Positions 1 to 10,452 of a DNA stretch of 32,000 nt are shown one piece after another (the first letter of the stretch is position 1; every line of letters starts with the position of its first letter). The stretch spans positions 30,001-62,000 of the forward strand of contig NZ_CP065936.1 in assembly GCF_003367075.2 (NCBI RefSeq). Direction: 5' to 3'. The notes below the pieces were generated by a model that was not told the origin of the DNA, made no database searches, and saw only the letters and a program-made list of their open reading frames with translations. This DNA is from Cylindrospermopsis raciborskii Cr2010 (lineage in GTDB: Bacteria > Cyanobacteriota > Cyanobacteriia > Cyanobacteriales > Nostocaceae). The translations under genes and the position numbers were made by a program.

Positions 1-2863
1 TCTGCTTTTTGCCAGTAGTTCCATATAAAAAGAAAATCTCCCTGTCTAGATGCTTTGCTAAATAGGGCTGCAATAATTTTCCCAACTCTGCAAATTGGGT
101 AAATATCAAAGCCCTACTCTTTTCTGCTATGACTTCTTCTAGCATTTCTTGTAAACGCTGCAACTTAGCGGAACTATACTTTTCCAGGCTAGACTCATGG
201 AGGTATTGGGCGGGGTGATTACAAATTTGTTTTAGTTTTACTAACAAAGATAAAATCATGCCGCGACGTTGTAAACCACTAGCTGACTGAATTTCGCTCA
301 AAGATTTATCAACGGCATTCTGATACAATTCTGCTTGCTCCTTAGTTAAACCACAAAATACAGTCATTTCTTGCTTTTGTGGTAAATCTTGAATAATGGA
401 TTTATCCGATTTCAATCGTCGCAAAATAAAGGGTTGTACTAAGGAACGCAATTGATTTAAGGATGATACGTCACCATATTTTTCAATGGGTATAGCAAAT
501 CGTCTTTGAAAAAATTGTTTATTACCCAAATAACCAGGATTCAGAAAATCCAGAATAGACCATAATTCCTGTAATCGGTTTTCCACGGGTGTTCCAGTTA
601 AAGCAATACGAAATTTGGCTTCTAATTTGCGCACCGACTGAGATTGTTTAGAATCATAATTTTTGATGTTTTGAGCTTCATCTAAAACAATAACTTGCCA
701 ATTAACAGTTTGCAATAACTTAAGATCCCGTTGCACCAAAGAATAACTAGTAATTACTAAATCCTGCTCCTTAGCACTCTCAGCAAACTTCTTACCTTTG
801 GGACGTTTTTCACCATGAAATTCCAAAACCTTGAGTTGAGGGGCAAATTTTTTTATTTCCCTAGACCAGTTGCCCAAAACAGAAGTAGGACATAGGAGAA
901 GACCGGGATTTTGTAAGGCATTTTTTTCTTGCAGATGTAGAAAAAAAACCAGAAACTGTACAGATTTTCCCAGTCCCATATCATCAGCTAAACAAGCACC
1001 CAAACCCCATCTTTCTAAAAAGGCTAACCAAGCAGCTCCTCTTTGTTGATAAGGTCGAAGCTGACCTTGAAAATTTTTGGGTAGGGGTAAAGGTTGAATA
1101 TCTTGGTTATCATTTAAGGTGGTAACTAAATCTTGTAATGCACCAGAAGCATCAAAACTAACAACTGGTAATTTTTCAATTACCTGGGTGTCACCTCTAC
1201 TAATTCTTATGGCTTCTTCTAAGGACAAAGATAAATCCTGTTTACGAGCAGCAAAAAAGTTTTGGGCAGTTTTAATGTCCTGTTCTCGCAGTTCTACCCA
1301 TTCACCGTTAATTTCTACCAAGGGACTATTTAAAGCCACTAATCGGTCAAATTCATCTGGAGAAATGGTCTGACCACCAATTGCCAATTGCCATTGGAAT
1401 TTTAATAAACTTTTTAAACCTAAATTCTGTTGTTTATTGTGTGGTGTTTCGGCGATAATTTGCAAACCTAAACGATTTGCCCAACCTTCACGATTAGCTA
1501 AGCTGGGAGGCAAAATTACCCCTAACCCATTATCCTCTAATCTCCCACTGACAGATTTAATAAACTGATATGCTTCCATAGGTTGAAGATAACAGCATTC
1601 CGGGAATTCTGTCTCTAAACTACTGGTAATCCCAGGATATAATCGGGAGGCTAAACCCAAACCCCGCAATAAAGTCTCTTGGGGTTTACTGACCTGGCGA
1701 TTTTCATACACCAATGTTTCCACTGGATTCTCCCATATGGTTTTGGCATCAATGAGAAATTGGTCATCATCAGTAGCTTGCAAAAAATAACCTAAACGCC
1801 AATCTGTTGTCCCTGTGGGTGGATGCAGTTGTAAACAAGTTCTAAAAGCTACTTTTTCTGTTAATTGGTGTTGTAAGGGCAATTGCCAAGATTTTAGGGT
1901 CTCTTTTAATCTCTCTAGGTCTATGGCATCCCCACACATTGGAGATGATCTATTCTTCAAACTGATCAAAGACTGGAACCATGGTTGCACTAATGATGGC
2001 AAGGACATGATTGACCGACTATCCAAAATGGATTGCTCATCTAGCATAAGACGAATTTGTACATCTATGATGCTATTGAGAAATCCCAAAATTAACTCCT
2101 GCGGTTCCCTAGGTAGATCCGTAAAGAACAAGTGGTCAACATAATTTGCATTATGGGAATCAAGCTGTTGATAATTACAACATGCCGGGGGAATATTAGC
2201 AGCAAATTTTTCTAATCTGGTTGTATCTATAGCACTATCTAAGAGTACGTGCCACCGAGCAAATTGAGAACCGTCTTCATTTATTTCTATAGTGGGTAAA
2301 AATTTACAGCGAGCTATTAAATCTAAAGACCATCTTGCTATATGGGACCAAAATCTCAGGTCTCCCGCCAAAAAACTATCTGCACTATTAGTGGAATTTA
2401 ATGGTAAATTACACAGCACTTTAATAGCCACATCAGGTTCTAAGGAAAAACCCTCTATTCGCCAGGGTTGTAAATAGGTTTGGTGATCACTATTTCTATC
2501 ATTATTCTCTACTAATATACTTGGGGAATATATGGGGCAAATAATTGGGGATCTTCCTATAAAATTAGTCGGTACAGCGAGCACTTGTGAATCAACTTTA
2601 GCTTGATTTATTTTATTCCTACTTACTTTAGTTATAGCAGAATTAGAAGTGAAAATACAGTCATAGATTCGCCCATGATAGCTTTTCAGCCACGTACCCA
2701 ACTCCAGGGATGACATGGCTAAAGGATGGTAAGGTAAGGATGTCAAACTAATAGACTCCATTGGTATTTGAGATTCGCTTCGCCAAGTTTCTGCCCAGAG
2801 GAACAATACTGGATCAAAATTACTTTTTGTTTTATTCAACCAAGCACCGTGTAGAATTGACAT
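1..2863 (-). CDS. SNF2-family DEAD/DEAH-box helicase with a long N-terminal SNF2-associated region. The 3' end runs off the left edge of the window.
   Basis: Manual reverse translation. The ATG is at 2863-2861, giving MSILHGAWLNKTKSNFDPVLFLWAETW. Helicase motifs are LADDMGLGKSVQ (about 960-1000), VLDEAQNIKN (D codon at 680-682) and ALTGTPVENRLQELW. The start codon, the DEAQ motif and the last codon at 2-4 all lie in one frame (2+3k). Spot checks at 2402-2520 found no in-frame stop. The ORF is missing from the track because it has no stop inside the window. Confidence 0.85.
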   Translation of the reverse strand, partial: MSILHGAWLNKTKSNFDPVLFLWAETWRSESQIPMESISLTSLPYHPLAMSSLELGTWLKSYHGRIYDCIFTSNSAITKVSRNKINQAKVDSQVLAVPTNFIGRSPIICPIYSPSILVENNDRNSDHQTYLQPWRIEGFSLEPDVAIKVLCNLPLNSTNSADSFLAGDLRFWSHIARWSLDLIARCKFLPTIEINEDGSQFARWHVLLDSAIDTTRLEKFAANIPPACCNYQQLDSHNANYVDHLFFTDLPREPQELILGFLNSIIDVQIRLMLDEQSILDSRSIMSLPSLVQPWFQSLISLKNRSSPMCGDAIDLERLKETLKSWQLPLQHQLTEKVAFRTCLQLHPPTGTTDWRLGYFLQATDDDQFLIDAKTIWENPVETLVYENRQVSKPQETLLRGLGLASRLYPGITSSLETEFPECCYLQPMEAYQFIKSVSGRLEDNGLGVILPPSLANREGWANRLGLQIIAETPHNKQQNLGLKSLLKFQWQLAIGGQTISPDEFDRLVALNSPLVEINGEWVELREQDIKTAQNFFAARKQDLSLSLEEAIRISRGDTQVIEKLPVVSFDASGALQDLVTTLNDNQDIQPLPLPKNFQGQLRPYQQRGAAWLAFLERWGLGACLADDMGLGKSVQFLVFFLHLQEKNALQNPGLLLCPTSVLGNWSREIKKFAPQLKVLEFHGEKRPKGKKFAESAKEQDLVITSYSLVQRDLKLLQTVNWQVIVLDEAQNIKNYDSKQSQSVRKLEAKFRIALTGTPVENRLQELWSILDFLNPGYLGNKQFFQRRFAIPIEKYGDVSSLNQLRSLVQPFILRRLKSDKSIIQDLPQKQEMTVFCGLTKEQAELYQNAVDKSLSEIQSASGLQRRGMILSLLVKLKQICNHPAQYLHESSLEKYSSAKLQRLQEMLEEVIAEKSRALIFTQFAELGKLLQPYLAKHLDREIFFLYGTTGKKQ

Positions 2864-3022
2864 ATTTTTTCACAAATTCCCAAGTACAAACTAAAAAGTC
2901 GCCAGATCCCCCCCCTTTACCTTGTCTGAAACTAATATATCCAAAACCAAGTCGTCTACATTATATAAGTGTTAGGATTGCCACAGAGCGAGAATAGAGT
3001 GCATAGAAGGAAAAGAAACTGA

Positions 3023-5179
3023 ATGGCAGAAATTGATAAGTCAATATCCTTTGATGGACGGGATATTCGACTGAAGGTCGGATTGTTAGCCCCTCAAGCA
3101 GGTGGTTCGGTGTTGATAGAATCGGGAGACACTGCCGTTTTGGTGACGGCCACAAGATCAGAAGCCAGAGAGGGCGTTGATTTTCTTCCCCTAACAGTAG
3201 ATTATGAAGAAAGACTGTACGCTGCTGGAAGAATACCCGGTGGTATTATGCGCCGCGAGGGTCGGCCACCAGAAAGGGCTATTTTAACTAGTCGTTTGAT
3301 TGACCGCCCATTGCGTCCCCTGTTCCCCTCCTGGTTAAGAGATGACCTGCAAATTATTGCTTTGACCCTCTCTATGGATGAGCTGGTGCCACCCGATGTG
3401 TTGGCTGTAACCGGAGCTTCTATCGCTACTCTGATTGCCCAAATTCCTTTTTATGGACCAATGGCAGCAGTACGTGTGGGTTTAGTTGGGGATGATTTTA
3501 TTATTAACCCTACCTACGCCGAAATAGAAGCTGGTGATTTGGATTTGGTGGTTGCTGGCTCCCCCGATGGGGTAATTATGGTGGAAGCAGGAGCAAATCA
3601 GTTACCTGAACGGGATATTATTGAGGCCATTGACTTTGGTTATGAAGCAGTTAGGGATTTAATTCAAGCACAACGAGATTTAATTGCTGAACTCGGTTTG
3701 ACTATTGTTCACCAAGAACCCCCAATACCCGATCAAAGTCTGGAAAACTATATCCGCGATCGCGCTAGTGAGGAAATTAAAAAAATACTCGCTCAGTTTG
3801 AATTGACTAAAACTGAACGCGATGCTGCTCTGGATGTAGTTAAAAGTGCGATCGCATCTAGTATTGAGTCTCTGGGGGAGGAAGATCCTATTCGCATAGC
3901 TGCAACAGCTAATGGTCAAGTACTGGAGAACACTTTTAAAGACATTACTAAGTACTTCATGCGTCGTCAAATTGTTGAAGACAATGTGCGAGTGGACGGT
4001 CGTAAGTTAGATGAAGTGCGTCCTGTTTCATCCCAAGTAGGAGTCCTACCTCGTCGTGTTCATGGTAGTGGATTATTTAATCGTGGATTAACTCAAGTAT
4101 TATCAGCTTGCACCCTTGGCACGCCAGGAGATGCCCAAAGTTTAAGTGATGATTTACAAGTAGATCAGTCCAAACGTTACTTACATCATTACAATTTCCC
4201 TCCTTTCTCCGTAGGTGAAACTAAACCCTTGCGGGCCCCTGGAAGACGGGAAATAGGGCATGGAGCTTTAGCAGAAAGGGCAATTTTGCCTGTGCTTCCT
4301 ACCAAAGAGCAATTCCCCTACGTCATTAGGGTGGTCTCGGAAGTTCTTTCTTCCAATGGCTCTACCTCTATGGGATCAGTTTGTGGATCTACCCTAGCTC
4401 TCATGGATGCAGGTGTTCCCATTACCAAACCTGTCAGCGGTGCTGCTATGGGTTTGATTAAGGAAGGATCGGAAGTACGGGTACTAACTGATATTCAAGG
4501 TATTGAAGACTTTTTAGGCGATATGGACTTTAAAGTGGCCGGTACTGATACGGGCATCACGGCACTACAAATGGACATGAAAATCTCTGGATTGTCTCTA
4601 GATGTAATTAAACAAGCCGTGGAGCAAGCCAGGGATGCTCGGTTGCACATTTTGGAGAAGATGTTGCAAACTATAGACAAACCACGAACTGAAACTTCAC
4701 CTTTTGCACCACGACTAGTCACAATTAAAATTGATCCTGATATGATTGGTTTAGTCATCGGTCCAGGCGGTAAGACCATCAAGGGTATTACGGAAGAGAC
4801 GGGTGCTAAAATCGACATTGAAGATAGTGGTATTGTGACCATTTCCGCCATAGATGAAGGTAGAGCCAAACGAGCAAAAAGTATAATTCAGGGCATGACC
4901 CGCAAGCTCCACGAGGGAGATGTATATGTGGGTCGTGTGACAAGGATTATACCAATTGGGGCCTTTGTGGAATTTTTACCTGGTAAGGAGGGCATGATCC
5001 ATATTTCCCAGCTGGCCGATTATCGTGTAGGTAAGGTGGAAGATGAAGTAGCTGTTGGTGAGGAGGTAATTGTCAAGGTTCGTGAAATTGATAGCAAGGG
5101 GAGAATTAACCTGACACGATTGGGCATTCATCCAGATCAGGCAGCTGCTGCACGAGAAGCCGCAGCAACAAATCGCTAG
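3023..5179 (+). CDS. pnp: Polynucleotide phosphorylase / polyribonucleotide nucleotidyltransferase
   Basis: 718 aa. It has two RNase PH-like halves, a KH region ([24 protein letters not shown]) and a C-terminal S1 domain ([34 protein letters not shown]). Confidence 0.97.
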   Translation: MAEIDKSISFDGRDIRLKVGLLAPQAGGSVLIESGDTAVLVTATRSEAREGVDFLPLTVDYEERLYAAGRIPGGIMRREGRPPERAILTSRLIDRPLRPLFPSWLRDDLQIIALTLSMDELVPPDVLAVTGASIATLIAQIPFYGPMAAVRVGLVGDDFIINPTYAEIEAGDLDLVVAGSPDGVIMVEAGANQLPERDIIEAIDFGYEAVRDLIQAQRDLIAELGLTIVHQEPPIPDQSLENYIRDRASEEIKKILAQFELTKTERDAALDVVKSAIASSIESLGEEDPIRIAATANGQVLENTFKDITKYFMRRQIVEDNVRVDGRKLDEVRPVSSQVGVLPRRVHGSGLFNRGLTQVLSACTLGTPGDAQSLSDDLQVDQSKRYLHHYNFPPFSVGETKPLRAPGRREIGHGALAERAILPVLPTKEQFPYVIRVVSEVLSSNGSTSMGSVCGSTLALMDAGVPITKPVSGAAMGLIKEGSEVRVLTDIQGIEDFLGDMDFKVAGTDTGITALQMDMKISGLSLDVIKQAVEQARDARLHILEKMLQTIDKPRTETSPFAPRLVTIKIDPDMIGLVIGPGGKTIKGITEETGAKIDIEDSGIVTISAIDEGRAKRAKSIIQGMTRKLHEGDVYVGRVTRIIPIGAFVEFLPGKEGMIHISQLADYRVGKVEDEVAVGEEVIVKVREIDSKGRINLTRLGIHPDQAAAAREAAATNR

Positions 5180-5249
5180 TTGTATCTAGCTTTGTCCAGA
5201 AGGTTTAGTGAAGAAGCGTTCTGGCTCACCCCCGGTGGCTAGGGCTATA

Positions 5250-5297
5250 GGATTTTAGATTGTAGATTAAGTATAATAAATCACAAATCTAAAATCC
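5250..5297. repeat. 12-bp perfect inverted repeat GGATTTTAGATT ... AATCTAAAATCC downstream of pnp
   Basis: The arms are 5250-5261 and 5286-5297, with a 24-nt AT-rich loop. It lies 71 nt after the pnp stop and has no U-tract. Confidence 0.5.
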
Positions 5298-5375
5298 GTG
5301 ATACCTGGGTAATGGGATATTCTCCAGTGATTGTATAATTTTCTTACTCGAAGGAAAATTTACACTTGTTATTCC

Positions 5376-5642
5376 ATGGTCAGCGCTAAACGTTTACCAG
5401 AAACTACTGCCCACGTGAGAATCACCCGTCAATCCTGGCAACATGGCTTTCTGGAAGGTGATGTCAGTGCTGGCAATTTTGAATGGCATTTTGAATGGTA
5501 TTTTCTCCGGGGAGAACTTTCCATTCAACCCTCTCGGGGAAGGGCCTTGATTAGGGATCCCCTGGGACGCTTTTTAGAAAAACAAGATTATCAATTGGAA
5601 CCAGGAGGAGATTATACTTTTACTATTCGGGCCGAAATATGA
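5376..5642 (+). CDS. Small hypothetical protein of about 88 aa
   Basis: The track ORF 5331-5642 begins at a TTG. The first ATG (MVSAKRLPETT...) is at 5376, and a TATAAT sits at 5334-5339 upstream. I recognise no motif. Confidence 0.4.
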   Translation: MVSAKRLPETTAHVRITRQSWQHGFLEGDVSAGNFEWHFEWYFLRGELSIQPSRGRALIRDPLGRFLEKQDYQLEPGGDYTFTIRAEI

Positions 5643-5680
5643 ACTATAGCCACTACAAGAGGTTGACAAATACTAAAACA

Positions 5681-6154
5681 CTACTGGTCACAAATGGGAT
5701 GACTAGTAGAGTTTTTGTGGCAAATCCCCAGTTCTTCAAGATAGCGTTCAATTAGGAGAATTGCTACAATATCATCTATAGCCCGTGGTGGTTGACGTAA
5801 ACCTTTGGGTACGAGATTTGTTAATCCTCTGGGAGGAAACATCTGCCAATAACGGTCTCTTGCAGCTAAGGTAGTGTAACGTTCATCTACTAAGATAATA
5901 TCCAAACTGGGGTTTAATTCCTGCTCCAGTTGCTGTTTCCAAGTTTTAGCTGTGGTTTGATTTCCCATCACAATTCTGGAAATGGAAAAAGTTGCCCTGA
6001 AATCAGAAATATGGGCGATCACCTGTTTAGCTGGCACAACTTCATGATGGTAAAGTTTACGGTCTATTCCCATCACTGCTACACCACATTTGTCACGTCC
6101 AGGGTCAAAGCCTAAAATTGTGCACTGTGTTTTTATACCATTTATATTATTCAT
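5681..6154 (-). CDS. RNase-H-fold nuclease, RuvC/YqgF-like 'resolvase' family
   Basis: 157 aa. The N-terminal ILGFDPGRDKCGVAV matches the first acidic motif of RuvC/YqgF-type nucleases, and DERYTT lies further downstream. Its ATG (6154) is 2 nt from the stop of the upstream gene (6157), so the two are probably one operon. Confidence 0.6.
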   Translation of the reverse strand: MNNINGIKTQCTILGFDPGRDKCGVAVMGIDRKLYHHEVVPAKQVIAHISDFRATFSISRIVMGNQTTAKTWKQQLEQELNPSLDIILVDERYTTLAARDRYWQMFPPRGLTNLVPKGLRQPPRAIDDIVAILLIERYLEELGICHKNSTSHPICDQ

Positions 6155-6156
6155 TT

Positions 6157-7647
6157 TTAAGTGCTAAAAACAATTTTTCCATTGGATATTGCCACCAGTT
6201 TAACTCTTAAAGGACCTGCAGTATAGATATTTTCTGCAGCAACTGCTTTTACTTCCAAAGCTTGTTGAGACTGCTCCAGTTCAGAAAAAAATCGTAAAAA
6301 AGTGCCATCTATCTCTATTCTCTCCACAATGCCAGCATTTCGGGCACGGAACTGGGAAGCAGAAATTACTAGATCTAGCCTTTGACGCAGTTGATATGAT
6401 GTCATACTTTTCATATCCGCAGAGGTTGTAGCCAATACCTGACCAGCAGAAAATACCAGTTGATTGGGCATAGCATCGGCAAAAAATTCTATTTGTTTTT
6501 CCCCTCTTACGTAGTTACCAGCAGAAAAAATTCTCACTACATATTCCCTACCATCCTGAATTTGTTTAGTCAGTTGTTCCACCCTTTCTTCACTTATACG
6601 TAGTAAGTCTGTGTTATTTTGGTTGGTTCCTGGTTCATTTAATTGAATGCTGGCGTTATTATTAGCTTCCTGAAATATTTGGGTAATGACCTGATTGGCA
6701 ACGCTAGGTTTATTCACACTAACTACAGCAGATGCTATGACCTGACCACGAACCAAAGCTAATTTACCCAAACGTAGGTCGCGATAAGACTGATAATATT
6801 TTTCCAATCTTGCTACCTCTTGTTCTAAATACTGCTGCTGTTTTTCTAGCTCCCCTAGTTGCACTTCTCTACTAGCAATAATTTGTTCTCGTTTCCTAAT
6901 TTCTAAATTGCGATTTTGAATTAGCCTATCCAAACCAGCAATTTTTCGATCTCGCTGTGCAATAATTGCTTTGCGGTTGAACAATTCTCGATCTCGTTTG
7001 GTAACTGCATTTTTAGCCTCATCAATAGCTTGTTGAGCTTGAGCATATAACTGCTGACGTTCACTTCTTAATTCTCCCACTGCCAATCGTAAGGCTTGGC
7101 GTTGTTGGTATAAATTTTCCAGTTCACCCAGGGCCTGTCTATACTGAACCACAACCTTACCTAGTTTGCTCTGGGTTCCCCGGAGTTGAGTTTGAGTTTT
7201 AATCTGTTTTGTAGTAGTAATGTCAAGTTTAGCTTGTGTAGCTTTTTGTTTACTATTTGCTTCTTGTAAAGACTTATTTGTTTCTATAAGCTGGTTTTTA
7301 GCTTCTTCTTGAGCTTTTCTAGCTGCAATTAGTCTATTCTCTATATTAATCTTCTGAGCTTCAGCAGTTTTTAATTGTTCCCGTTTATTTCTGAGATCTT
7401 TTTGAATATCTTCTAACTCAAATACACCCTTTCTCAAACCCTCGTCGGCGGCAAATAAAATGGCCAAGGTGGTGGCGGAAATCACACTACCCGTAAAGAT
7501 AGTGACAATAACCGCCGTTTTCTTGGGACGTAAATTAAACAGAGATAAACGTGCTTTACCTACTTTGGTACCAATGCGATCGCCGAGGGTGGCAATCACA
7601 CCGCCCAAAATTAAAATTGCTGCTATGAGGATGTACCCAGTGGCCAT
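6157..7647 (-). CDS. Membrane-anchored long coiled-coil protein (cyanobacterial DUF3084-like)
   Basis: 496 aa. It has an N-terminal hydrophobic helix (YILIAAILILGGVIATLG), a second helix, and then about 250 aa of Q/K/E/R-rich heptad-like sequence. Confidence 0.7.
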   Translation of the reverse strand: MATGYILIAAILILGGVIATLGDRIGTKVGKARLSLFNLRPKKTAVIVTIFTGSVISATTLAILFAADEGLRKGVFELEDIQKDLRNKREQLKTAEAQKINIENRLIAARKAQEEAKNQLIETNKSLQEANSKQKATQAKLDITTTKQIKTQTQLRGTQSKLGKVVVQYRQALGELENLYQQRQALRLAVGELRSERQQLYAQAQQAIDEAKNAVTKRDRELFNRKAIIAQRDRKIAGLDRLIQNRNLEIRKREQIIASREVQLGELEKQQQYLEQEVARLEKYYQSYRDLRLGKLALVRGQVIASAVVSVNKPSVANQVITQIFQEANNNASIQLNEPGTNQNNTDLLRISEERVEQLTKQIQDGREYVVRIFSAGNYVRGEKQIEFFADAMPNQLVFSAGQVLATTSADMKSMTSYQLRQRLDLVISASQFRARNAGIVERIEIDGTFLRFFSELEQSQQALEVKAVAAENIYTAGPLRVKLVAISNGKIVFST

Positions 7648-7931
7648 CTTAATCCTACCGCCAAAAAAGCTTCCATATACACTTTACTACTTTTAACCAT
7701 GGTCTGTGGAGAAAAAGAATTGGATAGAATAGTAAAGTTTAAATATTGTTTGACAGCCATAGGTATCCATGTCTTGGAGTCATAGAATTGCACCTTATTA
7801 AAATTGTTGCACGGTGGACACAGGGGGATATTGGTCCGTAAGAGTAAACACAACTTGCCTGGTGAATTAGACCCCCCAGATTTTTCCGTGAGCTAACTCA
7901 AATTATAGCTTATAAGCAAACTTGGTAAACA

Positions 7932-8603
7932 TTAAGTAAACTGCTTGCTTAGTGCGACTGGCTTATGCACAGTGATTTTTTTCTTGTGGATAGAAATCAT
8001 TTTTTTCTCCCGCAAGTCTCCTAGTAACCTGGTTACAGTCACTCGGGTGGAACCTATTGCTTCTGCGATCGCCTGATGGGATAACTTGAGGTCAACAGTA
8101 ACCCCGTCAGCACAGGGAACACCAAAGTCGCGACAGAGAATTAGCAGAAAACTGACTAACCGAGAACCCATATCTCGGTGAGCAAGAGTTTCAATCATCA
8201 TTTCTGTTTGCAGAATCCGCGAGGAGAGGCCTCGCAGCATAAGCATTGACAGTTCTGGATTTTCCTTGAGGGCCTGCTCTACCTGCTCAATTGGCGAAGA
8301 GAGCAATTCCACCGCAGTAAAAGCAACTGCATGGTAAAACCTATCTGATTTATTACCTGTTAGTAATGACAAAACACCGAAAACGCTATTTTCCCGTAGC
8401 AGGGCCACTGTTATTTCTTCTCCTGCTTCATACACCCTGGAAAGTTTCACAGCACCTCTGAGAAGAAAATAAACTCGTTCGGCCGGATCCCCGGGAAAAA
8501 AGATGGTTTTGTTACGTTCAAACGTCTCCACAACAGGGGGAAAAGCCCCCGTTGCCATTTGACGAAAAACATTTGCCAGGGCTTTATCTTGCATTACGAT
8601 CAT
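7932..8603 (-). CDS. ntcA: Global nitrogen regulator NtcA (CRP/FNR family)
   Basis: [48 protein letters not shown] ... [27 protein letters not shown] is nearly identical to Anabaena NtcA as I remember it. The start is placed at the second Met (8603); the track ORF adds 7 upstream codons. Confidence 0.96.
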   Translation of the reverse strand: MIVMQDKALANVFRQMATGAFPPVVETFERNKTIFFPGDPAERVYFLLRGAVKLSRVYEAGEEITVALLRENSVFGVLSLLTGNKSDRFYHAVAFTAVELLSSPIEQVEQALKENPELSMLMLRGLSSRILQTEMMIETLAHRDMGSRLVSFLLILCRDFGVPCADGVTVDLKLSHQAIAEAIGSTRVTVTRLLGDLREKKMISIHKKKITVHKPVALSKQFT

Positions 8604-8961
8604 CTCCCTTCCCTTACCCAACACCGGAAAAACAAAAACTTAATACCTAAGAATACAACTGAAGAATCAAGAACGCACCGTCAATCTTTCTGTCTTTTAC
8701 TATACTCAAATTTGCTAGTCTATCTTATTTTGTCGATCATGATACCCAATTTTGGTGATTTTTAACCTAAAATGGTGGATCACCCCTCCCCTGGAGGACA
8801 ATTTTGGGGTTTTTTCGGTTCAAAATTTGCCAGATCTTTAATAAGTTCTTAAACAATCACCATAAAAAGGTTTATGGGGACAGAGAATTATCAAGATCAC
8901 ATTTAGGATAACATTTAATTTAACAATATTCTCAATAAGATCAATCGCGTTAACAATTTTT

Positions 8962-9738
8962 ATGCTAAACCTGTCCGGTAAGAATGCCCTGGTTACGGGG
9001 ATTGCCAATAGTCGGTCTATTGCTTGGGGTATTACCCAACAACTACATGCAGCTGGAGCTAATCTGGGAGTTACCTATTTGCCCGATGATAAGGGTAAGT
9101 TCGAAAAGAAGGTCTTGGAGTTAGTTGAACCCCTTGAACCTAGTTTATTTCTGCCCTGTAATGTAGAGAATGAGGAACAAATCCAAGCTACTTTTGACGC
9201 TATTCAACAAAAATGGGGTAAGCTAGATATTCTCATTCACTGTCTAGCTTTTGCTAACAAAGAGGATTTAAGTGGAGATTTTAGTCAAACTTCTCGCTTA
9301 GGATTTAATAAGGCATTAGAAGTTAGCACTTATTCTCTTATTCAGTTAAGTGGAGCAGCTAAACCTTTGATGACAGAAGGTGGTAGTATTCTGACTCTTT
9401 CCTATTTGGGCGCAGTGCGCGCTATTCCTAATTATAATGTAATGGGAGTAGCCAAAGCTGGACTAGAAGCTAGTGTGCGTTACTTGGCAGCAGAACTGGG
9501 ACCCCAAAATATTCGTGTCAATGGTATCTCCGCAGGTCCCATCCGCACTCTGGCTTCCTCTGCTGTAGGTGGTATTTTGGATATGATTCATCACGTTGAG
9601 CAAGTGGCTCCCCTTAAACGTACTGTTACTCAATTGGAGGTAGGTAGTGCAGCTGCTTTTTTGTGTAGTGATTTATCTAGTGGAATTACTGGACAAATCC
9701 TATATGTAGATGCGGGATATGAAATTATGGGCATGTAA
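8962..9738 (+). CDS. fabI: Enoyl-[acyl-carrier-protein] reductase (NADH), FabI
   Basis: 258 aa SDR-type protein: GKNALVTGIANSRSIAWGI, the catalytic-region SYLGA...YNVMGVAKAGLEASVRYLA, and RVNGISAGPIRTLA. Confidence 0.94.
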   Translation: MLNLSGKNALVTGIANSRSIAWGITQQLHAAGANLGVTYLPDDKGKFEKKVLELVEPLEPSLFLPCNVENEEQIQATFDAIQQKWGKLDILIHCLAFANKEDLSGDFSQTSRLGFNKALEVSTYSLIQLSGAAKPLMTEGGSILTLSYLGAVRAIPNYNVMGVAKAGLEASVRYLAAELGPQNIRVNGISAGPIRTLASSAVGGILDMIHHVEQVAPLKRTVTQLEVGSAAAFLCSDLSSGITGQILYVDAGYEIMGM

Positions 9739-9759
9739 CTAGGTTCAATATTAAGCATC

Positions 9760-9778
9760 ACCGACGTTCTACGTCGGT
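9760..9778 (+). terminator. Stem-loop after fabI: ACCGACG-ttcta-CGTCGGT
   Basis: A perfect 7-bp stem with a 5-nt loop lies 22 nt after the fabI stop. It is followed by tagtgtttg, which is only a weak U-tract. Confidence 0.4.
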
Positions 9779-9836
9779 TAGTGTTTGAACTACTTGCTAA
9801 TGAACTAACAAAAAAATATAAAAATATAAGTTGACA

Positions 9837-10433
9837 ATGAGCAAAGAAAGACTCGCTACGGTTAAACGTGTTACAGGAGAAACAGATGTAACCGTATCCA
9901 TTAATCTTGATGGTACGGGAATTTGTAAGTCTAATACGGGTATTTATTTTTTGGATCACATGATCCAGCAGATTGCCTCCCATGGTTTATTTGATTTGGA
10001 TATTCAAGCTACAGGTGACTGGCAAATTGATGACCACCACACCAATGAGGATGTGGGTATTACTTTAGGTCAGGCTCTCCATCAGGCACTTGGTAATAAA
10101 AAGGGTATTGCCCGCTTCGGTCATTTCATCGCTCCTTTGGATGAAGCACTGATCCAGGTAGCTTTGGATTTCTCTGGTCGCCCCCATCTCAGTTATGGAT
10201 TACATATTAGTACGGAAAGGGTAGGAACCTATGATACTCAACTCGTGAGAGAGTTTTTTGTGGCTTTAGTAAATCATAGTCAAATGACTCTACATATTCA
10301 GCAACTAGATGGTATTAATTCTCATCATATTATTGAGGCTACCTTTAAGGCTTTTGCTAGAGCAATGCGCATGGCCGTGGAGATCGATCCTCGTCGCGCT
10401 CAAACTATTCCTAGTTCTAAGGGCGTGTTATAG
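9837..10433 (+). CDS. hisB: Imidazoleglycerol-phosphate dehydratase
   Basis: [46 protein letters not shown] and [16 protein letters not shown]. The track start at 9831 is a TTG; the ATG at 9837 is preferred. Confidence 0.94.
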   Translation: MSKERLATVKRVTGETDVTVSINLDGTGICKSNTGIYFLDHMIQQIASHGLFDLDIQATGDWQIDDHHTNEDVGITLGQALHQALGNKKGIARFGHFIAPLDEALIQVALDFSGRPHLSYGLHISTERVGTYDTQLVREFFVALVNHSQMTLHIQQLDGINSHHIIEATFKAFARAMRMAVEIDPRRAQTIPSSKGVL

Positions 10434-10452
10434 TTGATAATAAAATACATTC

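Noticed and set aside
1-2863. The SNF2 helicase as part of a defence system (DISARM, BREX or Zorya-like)
   Set aside because: No methyltransferase, nuclease or other defence partner lies within the window, and the neighbouring gene is pnp. The N-terminal MSILHGAW...LFLWAETW architecture looks like the widespread cyanobacterial housekeeping SNF2-associated type. The downstream neighbours lie outside the window and cannot be judged.
1119-2997. Plus-strand track ORFs 1119-1373, 1815-2144, 2292-2477 and 2761-2997
   Set aside because: All lie antisense inside the long minus-strand SNF2 helicase ORF (1-2863), which carries clear helicase motifs. The products are low-complexity or Cys/Ser-rich with no motifs.
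2961-4869. Minus-strand ORFs 2961-3155, 3680-3970 and 4495-4869
   Set aside because: They are antisense shadows of pnp or overlap its start. The pnp frame is unambiguous.
7460-7853. ORFs 7460-7696 (+) and 7623-7853 (-)
   Set aside because: They overlap the 5' end of the DUF3084-like gene or its upstream region. They have no motifs and implausible composition.
8559-8765. ORF 8559-8765 (+), and the 7-codon N-terminal extension of ntcA to 8624
   Set aside because: The ORF overlaps the ntcA start in antisense. NtcA's known N-terminus begins MIV.QDKAL, so 8603 is the start.
9630-9983. Minus-strand ORF of 117 aa
   Set aside because: It spans the fabI 3' end, the intergenic hairpin and the hisB 5' end in antisense, and both of those genes are secure.
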